The notes under the pieces were generated by a model. It was not told the origin of the DNA. It saw only the letters and a program-made list of their open reading frames with translations, and ran no database searches. Position numbers and translations under genes: made by a program. A stretch of 64,000 bases of DNA from Lama glama (Eukaryota), in the NCBI GenBank assembly GCA_028534125.1, contig CM052818.1, positions 8,124,001 to 8,188,000 on the forward strand. Reading direction: 5' to 3'. Position 1 is the first letter of the stretch. Each line of letters opens with the position of its first letter. This document shows, piece by piece, positions 61,656 through 64,000 of this stretch.

Positions 61656-64000
61656 CAGATACTATGCTATAAAGATGATGTAGCTTTGTAAGTAGCTATC
61701 TCTTACTACTTGAAAATTCTGTATCAAAGATTATTCTGCATAATGAAGAACTTCAGAGAATACAATACAGTGTAAAGATTACTCATATTATCACCCAGAG
61801 ATAACTGATAATATGAGTCTATTTATTTCTTCTTTTTATTATGCATATATTTAAGAAAACTAAAATCACTTATTTATCTTCCTTTTTGTTACTTGGTGGT
61901 ATGTTTTGACTACATTCCCATGTCATTTAGAATAATTCAAAAGCCTGATTTCTAATGAGTTATCCTTTCCCTAAAAGCCTTTTTTCACTATAAAATCATT
62001 GTACCATTGTAAAAGTGGATAAAATTATACCTAGTAGATGATACATGCATGAAAGTAAAGACTTGTTCTTGTATTTATTAATATAAAATTCTTCTACAAT
62101 TAAGCTAAAAAGAAGTTGTTAATTCTACAAACTAACAATTTAAAATTGTGGTTAACTGTTTACCTACATTATATTGTTTGACTTAGGTGAAGTAGAGCCA
62201 AAAGTAGGCTGGCATGAATGTATCTCCTCTCTTTACTGTGTTATGTCAGTTTTCATCTATACCTTCCTACCTCTAGGCATCTTTGCCTAAAGACATAATC
62301 CTAAAACCCTTCATAATTAGAAGCACATCAAAGACTAACTGCTCTGCTTAGCTGCAGTGATCTATACAAGACTGTAAACAGATTTATAGTTTTCAGTAAA
62401 GTTTCTAAGAATGCAGAATTACCCAACCTTTATTATTTTCTTTGTGGTGACATAATGTTATCAATCACAGAATATAACATATAGTATTAATTATAAATTA
62501 CCTATAGATATATTTTCTTTAAATTGTTTATTTTCAAACCTTTCTATTTAAATACTTAGCATATTTTCAAATTGTGAAGTACTACATTACTGAAGGTACA
62601 AGGTATCATCTTTTCAGAACTCACCTGGTCATAAATTGACAGTTACTTAGCAAAAGATAACATTAGTGTTTTCCTGTGGAGAAAGGTGCAAACATTAAAC
62701 TATCTGGGCTTTAACCCTACTTTTTCTCTTTTTCAGAAAGGAGTCAATGTGTCAAACCATCTTCTCTGACTTAACTTGTAGACTAGTAAACTGTGCTGGT
62801 CCAGGAGAGAATAAACTTTCTGCAAGTAAATAATGAAGAATTTTAATAAACAATTGGTATGTCATATTAAGAGGAGCTAATGAAGCTGTGAAGTTAAGAA
62901 TAAACAGAACATGTGTTAACTTGGCTAGTATGGAATATAGCAGTATTATCTTTTATCAATAATCCCAAAATATGGATAGACAAAGATTCATACAGTACTA
63001 TGCTACAAACTTTAACAATACTAAGGTGGTAGTCAGGAAAGCTGACTTATTTTGGCTAAACCAGTCAAGACTAACCATCTGCCATCTTAAGTCACTTTAG
63101 GGGGATTCTCAGTTGGCTCATCTATAAAATAAGGACCTAGAACTAGACGAGGATCAGTCTTTTCAGCACTAAAATTCTGTGCATATGATTAGACAGAACC
63201 CAAATTAACATACAACTCTGAAAAAAAATCATTTGTGCATATCCACCTAATAGTAGAAACCCATACTGAAAATAAATCTGAATATTCTCTTAAGAGGGGG
63301 CTTGCTTTATTCAAAAATACTTTTGAATTAAGTTCTCTTAAATAGTACCTTTAAAAGATGACTTATTTTATACTGAAATTTATTTAGCAAGAGGTGTAAC
63401 ATCAAGGTGTCCAAGCAGAGGCGCTAATACAGAAACTAAAGAATTTCTAAATAAACAGAATGGTTTCACATATATTAGCTGACAAAATTTTGGACCTTTT
63501 GCAGGTATTTTACCTGTATAAAATTCTCTATATAACATGTCAGAATTCATATCCATTCCGGTGGTAATCTTCAGATACTCTTACCATGTCCCCAAGAAAT
63601 CGCTACTCAAAAAAAAAAAAGTTACATAGTTGGTCCATAAAGTTTATGAGTGAAAAATCACGCACCTACTTTATCAAAATTAAGTAGTATCTTTATGTGT
63701 TTTTAACCATTCTTATAGTTTATAAAATGGCTTTATATAACCGTAAATCTATTTCTCAAGGAGAATCAGGGTTTTTATAGTGACTTATATTCCAAGAGCT
63801 TAAAGAAAATAAAATGATTTACATTCCCAGATCTGATCATCCTACAGTTTGCTGTGGGGTAGAATTTAGTTTAAAGGTGATCTACTTCAGCCCCCCACTG
63901 CAGACACATACAAGTTCAAGAAATGTAGATGTTAGGAACTCCAGTGATGCACCAGGGCTGGCTTTTTGGCCTTTCAAGTGCCAAATGAGATTATCCCTTC

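Noticed and set aside
1..64000. CRISPR arrays, operons, prokaryotic systems, CpG-island promoter
   Set aside because: Mammalian intronic DNA; no spacer-repeat arrays or CpG island seen

Overview
AT-rich, CpG-depleted mammalian genomic DNA with two N-gaps. The tRNA-derived SINEs resemble the camelid Vic-1 type, so this is probably a camel, alpaca or llama assembly (inference). The window lies inside the + strand gene WDPCP (fritz, CPLANE complex). Only two short coding exons are present: 26920-26983 (YQRFEKAFLLAVDIGARDLFM) and 56921-57023 (DIHYLALDKGEMALAEVARKRASDIDAESITSGV). Both have canonical AG/GT ends and compatible phases. The rest is intron, dominated by L1, L2, MIR, MaLR/ERV LTRs, hAT and Tigger DNA transposons and SINEs. 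None of the ORF-track ORFs is a host gene; they are L1 pieces or chance ORFs. I see no convincing new biological system. The best leads are a possible very decayed Mutator/MULE-like transposase at the window start (speculative), L1 insertions with unusual architecture (5' inversion, internal deletion, replaced 3' end), a young ERV1 solo LTR, a 270-bp tandem duplication, candidate poison or alternative exons beside the first WDPCP exon, and repeat-free islands that may be enhancers. Repeat family names are from memory of consensus sequences, and boundaries without a target-site duplication (TSD) are approximate.
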